DNA of 64,000 bases from Octopus sinensis. Its lineage: Eukaryota. The position numbers and the translations under genes are program-made. Shown here one piece after another: positions 11,566-22,690 of this stretch (position 1 is its first letter; every line of letters starts with the position of its first letter). The notes under the pieces are model-generated. The model was not told where the DNA came from. It saw only the letters and a list, made by a program, of their open reading frames with translations, and did not search any database. The stretch covers positions 140,678,001-140,742,000 of the forward strand of contig NC_042997.1 of the NCBI RefSeq assembly GCF_006345805.1, given 5' to 3'.

Positions 11566-12360
11566 CTAGCAGCATAGCCCGGCGTTGCCCGGGTATGTAA
11601 GAGCCCCTAGTAGGCAACGACTAATCTCAATCTAGTCCTTTCCTTATCGGGAACGAAGGCGCATGTGTAGGTTGCAATGTCTTCTCTTCACTCGAATACT
11701 TCTGTGTATACGATGTTCCTAGCTGTCCCTTTGGGCGATAAAAAGGTCGAGTTGCGTCCCCTAGACAGTCTGTGGTTTGTGTTTAATACACAAATCGGTT
11801 TGCTATGTGTGCCACATATGATTTAATTAATCGATTTTTTCCAGTAATAAAGTATCCTATTGGAATAAAAAGGGCCATATAGCTCCTTGGAGCAGACATG
11901 ATGCTCGCTGTGAATTTAAAAAAAATTCCTGCCAATTTGTGAAAGATATTGTCGAAAATATGTCATCTTGAATTTGAACGCGATTTCCCAAAATGGCATG
12001 ATTTTATCGATTTTTTCTGATGGTAAGGTATTGCATGGAAAACTAACATCAGAATTAAGTTCCTTAGGGTAACATTAAGCTTCACCATAAGTTTGGTGAA
12101 AATCGATTGCAAGTTGCGAAAACTACAACAGAAAATGTGTTGCATATAAAAAGCTTAGATTCTCAACCCCGTGTCAAATTTATCGATATTTTTCAGAACT
12201 GGGGGAACTTTTCAAAATTTTCGCTGCGTTAGTTTAGAATTATGACATTGGGCTATGTGTGTGTCAAGTTTCAGCAGAATCGATTGAAAGCCGTAGTCAG
12301 GGTGAGGGTACAACCTGACAGACACACAGACAGACAAACTGCCGTTTATATATAGAGAGA
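11566..12360 (-). mobile_element. Non-autonomous Helitron retaining a RepHel C-terminal remnant
   Basis: On minus: A|TC start at 12360, (GTCT)n near the 5' end, hairpin CCCGGGCAACGCCGGG then CTAG|T at 11566. Minus frame ...SPKGTARNIVYTEVFE* (stop 11688-11690) resembles the RepHel helicase end. Confidence 0.85.
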
Positions 12361-13394
12361 TAACTTTGTCCAACCCATGCTAGCATGGAAAGCGGACGTT
12401 AAACGACGATGAACTTCCAATGAGATAAATCGTTCTCTTAGTCATTGCCTAACATTTATCAGTATTGCTAAAGCAGGTAGAGGTTATTCCCCTTGTTTAT
12501 GGAGATCGCACACGAACTTATGTACTACTTATTACTTCAAGACGTACCTCCCAAACCGAGATAAATTTGCTGGTTATGGATTTATAAATATTTTCTTTTC
12601 CAATCATAATTTTTTATAAAATCTGAAGTTGAGGAAAAAATTTAAATAGGCCTATTTTTTCTGAAAAAATTTTTCTTTCTTGGAGAAATTCTTCTTTCTA
12701 ATTCAGAAAACTGTTTGTTTCTGAATTTTTAACATCAGCATTAGTTCATAAATTAGTGAACTAACATTGTTATGTGCTGTTTTGTTGTTATTTGAATTGA
12801 ATATATTAATGTTTAAAATCAATATTATAAATACCCTCTTGGTTGTTTTGTTATGGTCGAAGTGTTAAATTGAATTACTAAACAAAACTGAAGTGGGTAA
12901 ATATATTTTAAAGAAAATATTACCCGGTGAGTAAATGAAATGAAAAAGGTTAGGGACCTTTGGCTTAAGGTGCACCACTAGTAATGATAATCATTCATTC
13001 TAGGTGCTTAGTGGTATTTCGTTTGTCTTTATATTCTGGGTTCAAAATTCCACCGAGGTCGACTTTGCTTTCATCCTTTTGGGGTCGATCCAATCGACTG
13101 GCCCCCTCCCCAAAAATTTTGGTCCTTGTGCCTTGAGTAAAAAAGGATAACCATTCATTCTATTAAAGGCACAAGGCCTGAAATTTTGAGGGTTGGGTCT
13201 TATCAATTACATCAACCCCAGTCCTCAACTGCTACTTGTTTTATTAACCCTCAAAAAGATGAAAAGCAAAATCATTCTCAGTTGAATTCAAACTCAGAAT
13301 GTAAAGACTGAAGAAATACTGCTAAGCATTTTGTCCAAAATGCTAAAGCTTCTACCAGTTTGCTACCTTATGAATAATAATGAGACTGTGGTTA

Positions 13395-13735
13395 TCTTCT
13401 ATTCAGTTTTTGTGCCTATCCTCACCTATGGTCATAGATTTTGGCTAAAGCCAGACAGAGTATGATTGCAAATACAACTGCCAAAATGAGGTTTCTCCAC
13501 TGGATCTCTGGAGTAACGTTACTCAACAGGGTACATAGCTCAAAGGTCAGGCTGTCTTTCCAGATTGTGTAGCTATTTTTCTGTGTTGAGAGTTCACAGC
13601 TGCAATACTATAGACATGTGGTTAGAATTTGCAGGAAAGAATCACAAGATCAGTTCTTGAAGCCAAGCCAACTGGCAGGAGACCTAGGGGGCTGATAGTT
13701 GTATAATATCCATAGTCTCACTTGGTCACACTTAA
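13395..13735 (+). mobile_element. RTE-clade LINE fragment (Expander/Rex3-like), degenerate
   Basis: Reads SVFVPILTYGH.FW...MRFLHWISGVTLLNRVHSS.VR...ESSQLQYYRHVVR with stops and frameshifts. Confidence 0.65.
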
Positions 13736-13915
13736 GAATTCTGCCAGAAAGTCTAATAACAACTGATTCTGATAGGACCCTATGGAGTGAGTAGAGAAGA
13801 TCTATGGATGGATTTAATGGTCTGCTTTGTAGAAAGAGACATTTGCTATGACCTTTACAGATCCTTTGAGTCAGATTGATAATATGGCTGGCGAAGTTTT
13901 ATTCTAAGCAAGTGA

Positions 13916-14251
13916 AGGTGCAAGGTTCAGTGGTTAGAGCATCAGGCTCGTAATCATGAGGTAGTGAGTTTGATACCTAGACAAGCCTGTGTGTTGTGTT
14001 CTTGAGCAAGACACTTTATTTCACATTGCTCCAGTTCACTCATCTGAAGAAATGAGTTGCAATGTCACTAGTGCCAAGCTGTATTGGTCTTTGCCATTCC
14101 CTTGGATAATAACATCGATTACATGGAGAAGGGAGACTGATATGCATGGGTGATTGCTGGTCTTCCATCAACAACTTTGCCTGGACTTGTGCCTTGGAGG
14201 GGAACTTTCTACATGCAATCCCATGGTCATTCATGACCGAAGGGGTTCTTT
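13916..14251 (+). mobile_element. SINE family D (near full length)
   Basis: tRNA-like head, CORE-like block, 3' ...CCCATGGTCATTCATGACCGAAGGGG; the 3' half is repeated at 27060-27268. Confidence 0.75.
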
Positions 14252-14412
14252 ACATTGAAGTTTAAAGATCTGTATCTTAATTTTGAAACTATCAATTTGT
14301 TGTTAGACAAGGCATATACATTGCAACATCTAATTCACTTCTTCTTATAAATATATCTGATATCTTGCTTGTTTATGAAATTATAATTGTTTCATTTTTT
14401 GTCTATTTGCAG

Positions 14413-14477
14413 GTAAGATTACAATATTAATACAGAAGTGTACATTGGCTATGCCACAACAAGACCCTTTTGAATAG
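14413..14477 (+). CDS. SLC7 light chain, terminal coding exon
   Basis: Acceptor TTTGTCTATTTGCAG (AG 14411-14412). The phase-1 join with 9515 gives ...NAL-S-KITILIQKCTLAMPQQDPFE*, like SLC7 C-termini (T...QK....P.E); TAG at 14475-14477. Confidence 0.8.
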
Positions 14478-14599
14478 ACAGACATTCTTTCATAGGAAAG
14501 ACGAATCTCACCATGTAAATTCTAAGCAATTTGTGCTTTTTTGACAGAAGAAATTTGGAAAAAAAAAATTAAAACCAGAAAAGAAAAACATGTATTAGG

Positions 14600-14605
14600 A
14601 ATAAA
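14600..14605 (+). terminator. Candidate polyadenylation signal (another AATAAA at 14848-14853)
   Basis: First AATAAA after the stop codon; AT-rich context makes chance occurrence likely. Confidence 0.3.
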
Positions 14606-14964
14606 CTAAAGACAATAACAGATTGAGTTTGTTGTCAGGTTCAAGCTCCAGATATTTGCATTGAGATGTGCTACTGTTTATTGCCTTATATTTACTAAAG
14701 TCTTGAGTGAGGAACCCCAAGAGTATGGTACTGTCAGGGAAAAGAGTATTGCTAGTTAATTGTTGCAGTTGTCAACTGCACTTATTAACCGTTTGGAGCA
14801 AGGAAATGGAGAAAGAGAAAATGAAAAAGAAGGTAGCTTTTCAAAGAAATAAAATAGGAGAAATGCATAGACATTAAAAAATGCATAGACAATAAAAAAA
14901 AATGTTAAAAATCTAAACAGTTTATGCTGAATATAGAATGTCTAAGAGCAAAACAACTGCAGAA

Positions 14965-15335
14965 AGATATCTTTTATGTGTGTGTATGTGTGTATGTGTA
15001 TATATACATGTATGAGTTAGTGTGTCTACATATATATTATTATATATATATGTGTGTGTATATATGTGTGTGAGGGTGTATGCATATGAATGTATAAATA
15101 TAAATATATATGTATGTGTAGATATATATAAATATATAAATTTATATATATATATATGTATAGATAGATATATACATATGTATATATATATATATATATA
15201 CATGTATATATATATATATATATAAATCTGTGTAAATGTGTGTGTATGGAGATTTTATATATATGTAGATATTATGTGTATGTATATTTATGAATGTGTC
15301 TATATACACATGCACACTCACACACACACACACAT
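14965..15335. repeat. Compound (TG)n/(TA)n/(CA)n microsatellite
   Basis: Direct reading. Confidence 0.85.
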
Positions 15336-15996
15336 TAACGCACAAATATTTTTTCTATTTTTATGTATTACGGCCATACTTATTTTCCTAAAACCCAATT
15401 GTCTTCATGGCTTTTCTTTTCTTTTAACTATATTAAATTTTGTTTGTGTTAATGGTTTTCTGTGTTTATTTTCTTCTAAGAAATTACTTTTCCAATCACA
15501 TGGGTTTAGGTTCAGTCCCATTACATTGTGTTCTGAGCACGTGACTTCTGTTGTAATATTGGGCCAATCAAAGCTCTGTAATAGATTTGGTAGATGAAAT
15601 CTGAAATAAGCCTATCGTCACGATATGATGATGATCATCATCATTGTTTAATGTCTGCTTTCCATGCTGGCATGGCTTGGATGGTTTGACATGGAGCTGA
15701 CTATCAAGGTGCTGTCCAGACTACAACTGTCTGTTATGGCATGGTAATGATGTATGTATGTATGTATGTATATATGTATATATATTTGTGATTAAATATT
15801 ATTTTTTAAATGTAAAAGATATGTTGTTTAAAAACATAAATAAAATAAGCTTTAAATATAAATAAAATAAGATATATATAAAAAACAGTAAATATATATA
15901 TATGTGTGTGTGTGTGTGTGAATTTGTGTTAAATAAAATGAGACAACAAAGCCAAGGCAGTGTGAAATTTCAAGGACATTGATAAAAAGAAGGGTA

Positions 15997-16044
15997 GTCT
16001 TACAGTTGTTTCAGGGATATGAGGGATAGCCCTTCATCAGAGAC
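15997..16044 (-). ncRNA. Minimal type I hammerhead ribozyme motif
   Basis: Minus strand: GUCU-CUGAUGA-AGGG(13-nt loop)CCCU-GAAA-C-AACU-G-UA|AGAC. Stem I 4 bp, stem II 4 bp, full core, GUA site. Confidence 0.7.
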
Positions 16045-16245
16045 AATAAGAGAGAGTTAAATAGAGGAGAAATAGTAGAGTTCAATATAAGAAGTTATTT
16101 TGGAAAGGGAGAGATATAGGAAGTAAAGAGGAAAATGAGAGAATAAAAATATATGTTGGATGTGTGTCCTTCTGTTGCACATACATAGCCTTACCTGCCT
16201 TTTTGGGTCTTCTGGATGCCAAAAACCTCTCATATATATATATAA

Positions 16246-16277
<32 letters not shown>

Positions 16278-16765
16278 GATGAGAAAATAGAGAGGTAATT
16301 AATAAATTATTATTTATTAATTTAAAAAATTGTTTCAGCTGTTTCAATTCCAGACCTTCAGAAAATTAATTAATTAAATTATAAATTATTTTGAAAGATG
16401 AATCTCTTCAGAGGTAGATAAAGATATACAAAATAGGCTGCAAACCGTTAACTGATAAAATTTATACATAAAGAACATAGTATAAAAATAGTAGAGACCT
16501 TAGAAAGGAGTAAGGTTGTGTATACTGGAGTTGTAAAGTAAGAATATAACAATATATCCATCCAGAATTTTAAGTAAAAGAAAACTAATTGGTAAAAATG
16601 TCATATTGTGATATTATGTCTATCCTTATTAAATCAATATAAAATTAGTATGTAGAGTTTAATTCAAGTCTGTATAGTTGTTAATATTTAATTAAGGTGG
16701 AGGACATTCAGGCAATCAATTACTTATTATAAATATATAAGGCAATCTATTACTTATTATATATA

Positions 16766-17012
16766 TTGGATTGGTGCATAATTATTGCAGCTTTTTTTTA
16801 ACAAATTTTATTCAACAAAAACAATAACAACATGTAACAAAAACATCTTTAAATGATTATTCTGGAGCATATCCACCATCTACTTCAATTACTGCTTCCC
16901 ATTTGCTTGACAGTCAGACCGTCATTTAAAGATGTTTTTGTTAAATATTGTTATTGTTTTTGTTGAATAAAATTTGTTGAAAACAAGCCGCAACAATTGT
17001 GCACCAACCTAA
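16766..17012. mobile_element. mariner (Hsmar1/cecropia-like TIR) MITE
   Basis: TA|TTGGATTGGTGCATAATTATTGC...GCAACAATTGTGCACCAACCTAA|TA; ~90-bp inverted arms; centre encodes LSSKWEAVIEVDGGYAPE* on minus, resembling a mariner transposase C-terminus. Confidence 0.8.
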
Positions 17013-17724
17013 TATATAAGAATACGGGGTTGACCAAAATTCCATAAATTCCATAAATACTATCTGTAATTCTGTATTGACGCGAATGGAAAAATGTCAC
17101 TAATAAACTAATGATATATATAGGTAAACAGAAACTCTAGGAAGCACATACATATGCTGATAGACATATACAAATAAAAACACATGCAAAAAACATAAAT
17201 CATAAAACATTCACATTCGCTGCAAAACTTGAATACACAAATGAATAATATATGTATATACACAAATACACCCTCCTGTCTGCCAAACACATCTATGCCT
17301 GCAGATATTTAAACGTATATATATACATATATGTATGAAGGAAAGAGACAAGTATAACAGGTAGAGTCTTGCACTCGTATATATATATATACAATCATTT
17401 GAACACATGTATATATGCATTCACACAGTAGGTATATACTATACGCGTATAAGTTACACAATTATAAAGGGTGAAAAAAATATACAGAAAAATATATAGC
17501 AATAAAATATATATAAGAGATGTTAAGACATGAAAGGCTTGTATGTGGACATAATATAAAAAGCAGGTTCTTCGCTTTGTGGAGTTTGTGACTTATTTCT
17601 TCTGTGTTGTGTGAAATTTGACTGCTTTATGTGTTCACGTATATGAACACATATATATGTATATATATACGTTTAAATACCCTGGTAGGATTGCCCTCGT
17701 TTATAGTTACCCTTGTTTATAGGG

Positions 17725-17963
17725 GTCTTTAAGTATTTGAGTGTAAAATATTGCTTATGTCTGCAGGGAAAGAAGGTTTCATTCCTAATATTTAAGATGC
17801 TGTCTATTGATTATATGATATTTAATTTTTCAGTAATACAGAGTTCACATTTCGTACCCCGTTCTCTGTATTTTTTGGCTTTAGCAATAATTTTCAATTC
17901 TATCTGGGAGTGGGGTTTATTTATTCCACTTTCTTTCAATGTCCATATTATATTTGTAACAAA
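17725..17963 (-). mobile_element. Penelope-like element ORF C-terminal fragment (endonuclease region)
   Basis: One frame, one stop: IWTLKES...IELKIIAKAKKY...KCELCITEKLNII*...LNIRNE...CRHKQYFTL, matching the PLE CxLCxxEK...LNxRxE...CRH signature. Confidence 0.75.
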
Positions 17964-19848
17964 CAAATAATGCAAAAAAAAAAAAGAAAAAAGAAATTTA
18001 CCGATAAGGTTAATCCAAGGGAGAAAAACTAAAAAGGTACCTTCTAGAGTAACGTCCCTTGATTCATTGTTTTATTTATGAGAATTTACAAGAAATCCCG
18101 TGAACGAAACGAGACTGCTTTCCAAAATCAAGGTGAACATCTTTCTCTGTGTGATCGGCTTGAAAAATTGTTAAAATACTAGGATAATTTCCTACTCTTC
18201 TTAACATGAAACCAATGACAGCCTTAATTTACAAAGAAAGAAATTATGTATCCTCCAGTGTGGTGTTGAGTACTCATTTCATCATTCTACATTTAAGTAT
18301 ACATACATATGTATGTATGTGTGTGTATATATATATTTATATATATGTATATATATGTGTGTGTGTATACACACAAATGAGAAGAAGGTATTGATATATA
18401 AATGTATGCATGCAGCCTTGGGCCACCTAAAGCCTTGTATTTGGTACTGAAAGAAGCTCATCGTATATATACGTGTGTGTTTGTCCCTCATCACCACTTG
18501 ATAACTGGTTTGGTGTGTTTACATCTCTGAAACTTAGCAGTTCAGATAAAGAGATCAATTCTGGAGTCAACAAAAAAATCTTCAAGATAGTGCCCCAGCA
18601 TGGTCACAGACTAATGACTGAAACAAATGAAAGTTAAATGATAGTTTTGTTTCACCCATGCTCATATGGAAAAAGCAGGTGTTAAAACAATGTTAAAGAT
18701 GATGGTGTGTCAATGAAAATTGCGGGGCAAGACAAAATGTGTTGTGCTGCATACAGTGATTGTTGGTTCAGTGTTAAATTGTGTTTCCATGCTGAATCTA
18801 CTAGTCTGACTTGTATAGTACTAAAAATATAAACATAAAAAGTCGACTCTAATCTGACTTAATTTTTGTTTCTGTGTACTCTGAGATTTGTAAACAAACT
18901 ACTACCAATTTATAACAAGATACTGCAAGCAAAGATTTATTATTAAAAATATTCAGTTACAGAAAAAAAAAAATTGTACATACAACTTTTCCCCATAGAA
19001 ACAGTGTTTATTAGAAGGGAGTGTGAAAGCAAATAAGAAAGAATGTATTATATAACAGGCAGAATGTAAACAGGAAAAATGCAGAGAGAGGAGCTAAGGG
19101 TAAATGAATTTTAAAAGTATGTAAAATAAGAGGCTAATTACAGAAGTGGTTTGTTGGGTGCTGGAAAGGGTATATTTCTGAGAGGGGAATGTAAAAATGA
19201 ATAGTAGAAAGGATGTGTATGAATGGCCACTCGCTTTCAGTGGTTATTTTTGTCACCCATTATCCCACTTTCTACCCAGTACATGTCATGGTATAACTAA
19301 TGTTTGGATATTCAGTGCTATTTCAGAACACCTTTCACTTTATATCATAACAAGGGACAGAAATATTAGTTTTGCATTATGATCTGCAGTTATATTACAT
19401 CAGCCCTAGTACTCATCTGGTATTTAATTTATCGATCCCGAAAGGCAAAGTCGATCGGCGGAATTTGAACTCAGAACGTAGCGACGACCGAAATACGGTT
19501 AAGCATTTCGCCCAGAGTGCTAACGATTCTGTCAGCTCGCCGAGTTCATTTCTTTAACAATAATAATCTTTCGAAATGTAGAACCCGTTATCTGAAGGGA
19601 GATAACTCTATGGTTTCATTTTAATATCGCTGTCTACCTGCCTGTCTGTGTCTCCGTATATAATTGCTTCTATCAGTGTGTTATACAGTACATTAATGGT
19701 ATTATTTAAAGCAGCCGAAGGTTTATGACTAGATGAAAATTTGCTGCATATATAATAAATAAGACTAATTTTTCTTGTCGACATTCATCAGCCTGCAAAA
19801 GGACAACAATGGTTGCCAGTTACTAGAATTCACAGCATCACGGCAGTT

Positions 19849-20112
19849 CAGTTCTATATTTAAGAGATGAGGAATTATGTACATTATTTACATTCGACGG
19901 ATATTTGTCCTCATCTTGTTTGTTGTTCGATTCCAAGCAGTGACCTGAACACCAATAATAATAATAACAACATAGAAAAATACCTTAGGAACGAGAACCC
20001 AGGTTCGAAATTTCCCCAAGACACCTGAAGAAGGCTGGAGGGTATATCAGCCGAAACGTTGTGTTAACAACAAACAAGATGAGGACAAATATCCGTCGAA
20101 TGTAAATAATGT
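19849..20112 (+). mobile_element. Short Penelope-like insertion with inverted end and hammerhead motif
   Basis: 12-bp TSD ATCACGGCAGTT (19837-19848, 20113-20124); 48-bp perfect inverted repeat 19880-19927 / 20066-20113. Confidence 0.8.
20021..20064 (+). ncRNA. Minimal type I hammerhead motif with palindromic stem III
   Basis: ACAC-CUGAAGA-A-GGCUG(10-nt loop)CAGCC-GAAA-CG-UU|GUGU. Confidence 0.7.
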
Positions 20113-20483
20113 ATCACGGCAGTTGTTTTCAAGAATTCACAAGGAAAATATGTAGGTATGTGAGAAAATGACAACTCGGGTTTTTAGAATGTTAGGCGAA
20201 AGGGAGCTGCTTAAATTTTAGAAAAGATTTTCTTCCGGGTATCCTCGTGCAGATAAATTCCTTCTTTTCTAATAAATTGTACAGCGGTCAATGAGCTGAC
20301 AGGAACTTTTTTGCGTGAAAACGAAAATCCGAAGAGTGCGCACTACATGTCTCTACTTTAGGGCGTAATAGCAGGGAACTGATGCAGCCAATCGGTGCGA
20401 AATTTTCAAAGCATGCGCAAAAGGAGTGGCGTCTTCTCACCCAATGTATTTTGCCCGTGCGGCATTAGTTTTGACGGGAAAAA

Positions 20484-20514
20484 ATAAAGTCGGAAACTTT
20501 TTGAACGCACCTCG
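20484..20514 (-). mobile_element. Solo mariner-type terminal inverted repeat
   Basis: Minus strand TA|CGAGGTGCGTTCAAAAAGTTTCCGAC; partner TIR not found. Confidence 0.5.
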
Positions 20515-20804
20515 TATATTGATTTGTTTGCCAACAATTATCATAAACAAAGAAACGAGCTCTTCGTAGATGTGAACCAGTCATGTGCAACCTGTGACCT
20601 GTGGAACTTTCTGAATGACACGCCTAAAGAGAAATTACCCCGGAGGTTTAGTAGTGCTGCTTGTATGACGAAGAACCGTATCGTATACGAACCGTTTCCC
20701 CGAAAAGGTTACCCATGCCCTTTAAAGACATTGTCTACCATTGACAGTTCAAGGGACTTAACTTTGCTCATTGAAAACCTGAGTTATCGACACTCACAAT
20801 TAAT

Positions 20805-21036
20805 CTGTTTCTTTATTACCCACAAGGGGCTAAACATAGAGGGGACAAACAAGGACAGACAAACGGATTAAGTCGATTACATCGACCTAGTGCGTAACTA
20901 GTACTTAATTTATCGACTCCGAAAGGATGAAAGGCAAAGTCGACCTCGGCGGAATTTGAACTCAGAACGTAGCGACGGGCGTAATACCGCGAAGCACTTC
21001 GCCCGGCGTGCTAACGTCTCTGCCAGCTCGCCGCCT
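20805..21036 (-). mobile_element. SINE family A, long-tail form
   Basis: Reverse complement of the family A consensus from head to GGGTAATAAAGAAA tail. Confidence 0.85.
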
Positions 21037-21352
21037 TTCGACACTCACAATTTATCATATTCACCGAAATATTATATAAAGAATTCTCAAAATTTAGAGG
21101 CAGACGTTGCTTTTTCTATTTTAATTTTTTTTAATAACCTGATGAAGAAGAGGAAAAAGTCAAGTTTAATTTACTTCAATCGTAGCAAAGTTTCATCCAT
21201 CCACGTAACTTGCGTCCATTCCGTTCTAGAACGTGTTCTAGAATCTGAAACGAACGTCATGAAATATTTTTATTCTTCCCACTAATAAGCACTATGCACA
21301 CTTGACTAGCTAAAAGTAGAAGCCCAGAATCCCTAAAATTGCACGCTACCAT

Positions 21353-21507
21353 CACTAGCGTAGCTACAGTGAGTGCTGTCCGGGGCGGCCCTTCAGATTG
21401 CCGCCTCCGGACCCCTACAAAAATACATATTGCCTACAATAGACCGAAAAGTGGTGCCGCCCTCATAAAAGTACTGCCCCCTCTGCCGTCCACTAGCTAC
21501 GCTAATG
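21353..21507. mobile_element. hAT-like MITE
   Basis: TIR CACTAGCGTAGCTA / TAGCTACGCTAATG; 8-bp TSD GCTACCAT / GCTACCGT (7/8). Confidence 0.65.
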
Positions 21508-21559
21508 GCTACCGTCTTACGATAATTTAATATATAAAGACCATATCGAGGAATCGGTG

Positions 21560-21755
21560 CTACTTAAGAAGAATGGTCCCGGTGTGCGCACTCGCGTAGT
21601 CGCGCATCCACGCAAGCTAGTCGTGACTAGTCGATCCTTACTTTGTGTTTTTGTATTTTATTTACTTTGCTAGGTAGTCGTTGTAGGATCGACTAGTCAC
21701 GACTAGCTAGCGCGGATGCGCGACTGCGCGCACCGGGACCACTCTTCTTAAGTAG
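21560..21755. repeat. CpG-rich foldback element with ~70-bp arms
   Basis: CTACTTAAGAAGA(A/G)TGGTCCCGGTG...GCTAGTCGTGACTAGTCGATCCT and its reverse complement around an AT-rich spacer. Confidence 0.8.
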
Positions 21756-21763
21756 TTCCTAGG

Positions 21764-21838
<75 letters not shown>

Positions 21839-22329
21839 ATACACACGTATCTTAGTGGTTAGGATATTTGGCTCATGATCGTGACGTTGTGAGTTCGATT
21901 CCCAGAGGCGCAATGTGTCCTTGGGCAAGATACTTTATTTTACGATGCTCCAGTCCAATCAGCTGGCAAAAATGAATTGTACCTATAATTCAGATTTACA
22001 CATTCAATGTCACGTTGAATATCGTTGTGAATTACTCTAAAAGTACAAGTGTCTGCGGATCGCTGATACTTGCACCTTAATTTCACGAGTAGGCTGTTCC
22101 GTTGATCGAATCAGTTAGAACAATCGTCGTCCTAAGAGGAAGTGTCCAGCCTGTATATATACATCCGAATGGGATGATTGGGATAGACGTTTGACGTAGT
22201 TGTTTAAGCGATGTATGACTTAGCACTAAAGACAGAAACACAAACAGAAATACTAAAATGTATTGAATTGAAATTGAAGCAATTAAAAGGAAGTTACCTC
22301 CCTTTCCATACTATAAAAACGCAGTGGAA

Positions 22330-22690
22330 TATTGGTATTTCGTCTGCCGCTACCTTTGTGAGTTCAAATTCCGCCAAGGTCGACTTTGCTTTTCATCCTT
22401 TCGGGGTCGATCAAATTAAGTACCAGTTACGTACTGAGGTCGATGTAATCGACTTAATCCGTTTGTCTGTCCTTCTTTGTCCCCTTTGTGTTTAGCCCCT
22501 TGTGGGTAGTAAAGAAATAGGTATTTCGTCGGTCTTCACATTCTCGGTTCATATTCCGTCGCGGTTGACTTTGCCTCTCATCCTTTTAGAACTGATAAAA
22601 TATCTCCAGTTGAGCACTGGGGTTGATGTAATTGATTTCCCTTGCTCTTCCACGAAATTGCTGGCCTTCTACCAGAATTTGAAATAAATA
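22330..22690 (+). mobile_element. SINE family A dimer
   Basis: Long-tail unit joined via AAAGAAATA|GGTATTTCGTC to a second, short-tail unit. Confidence 0.75.
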
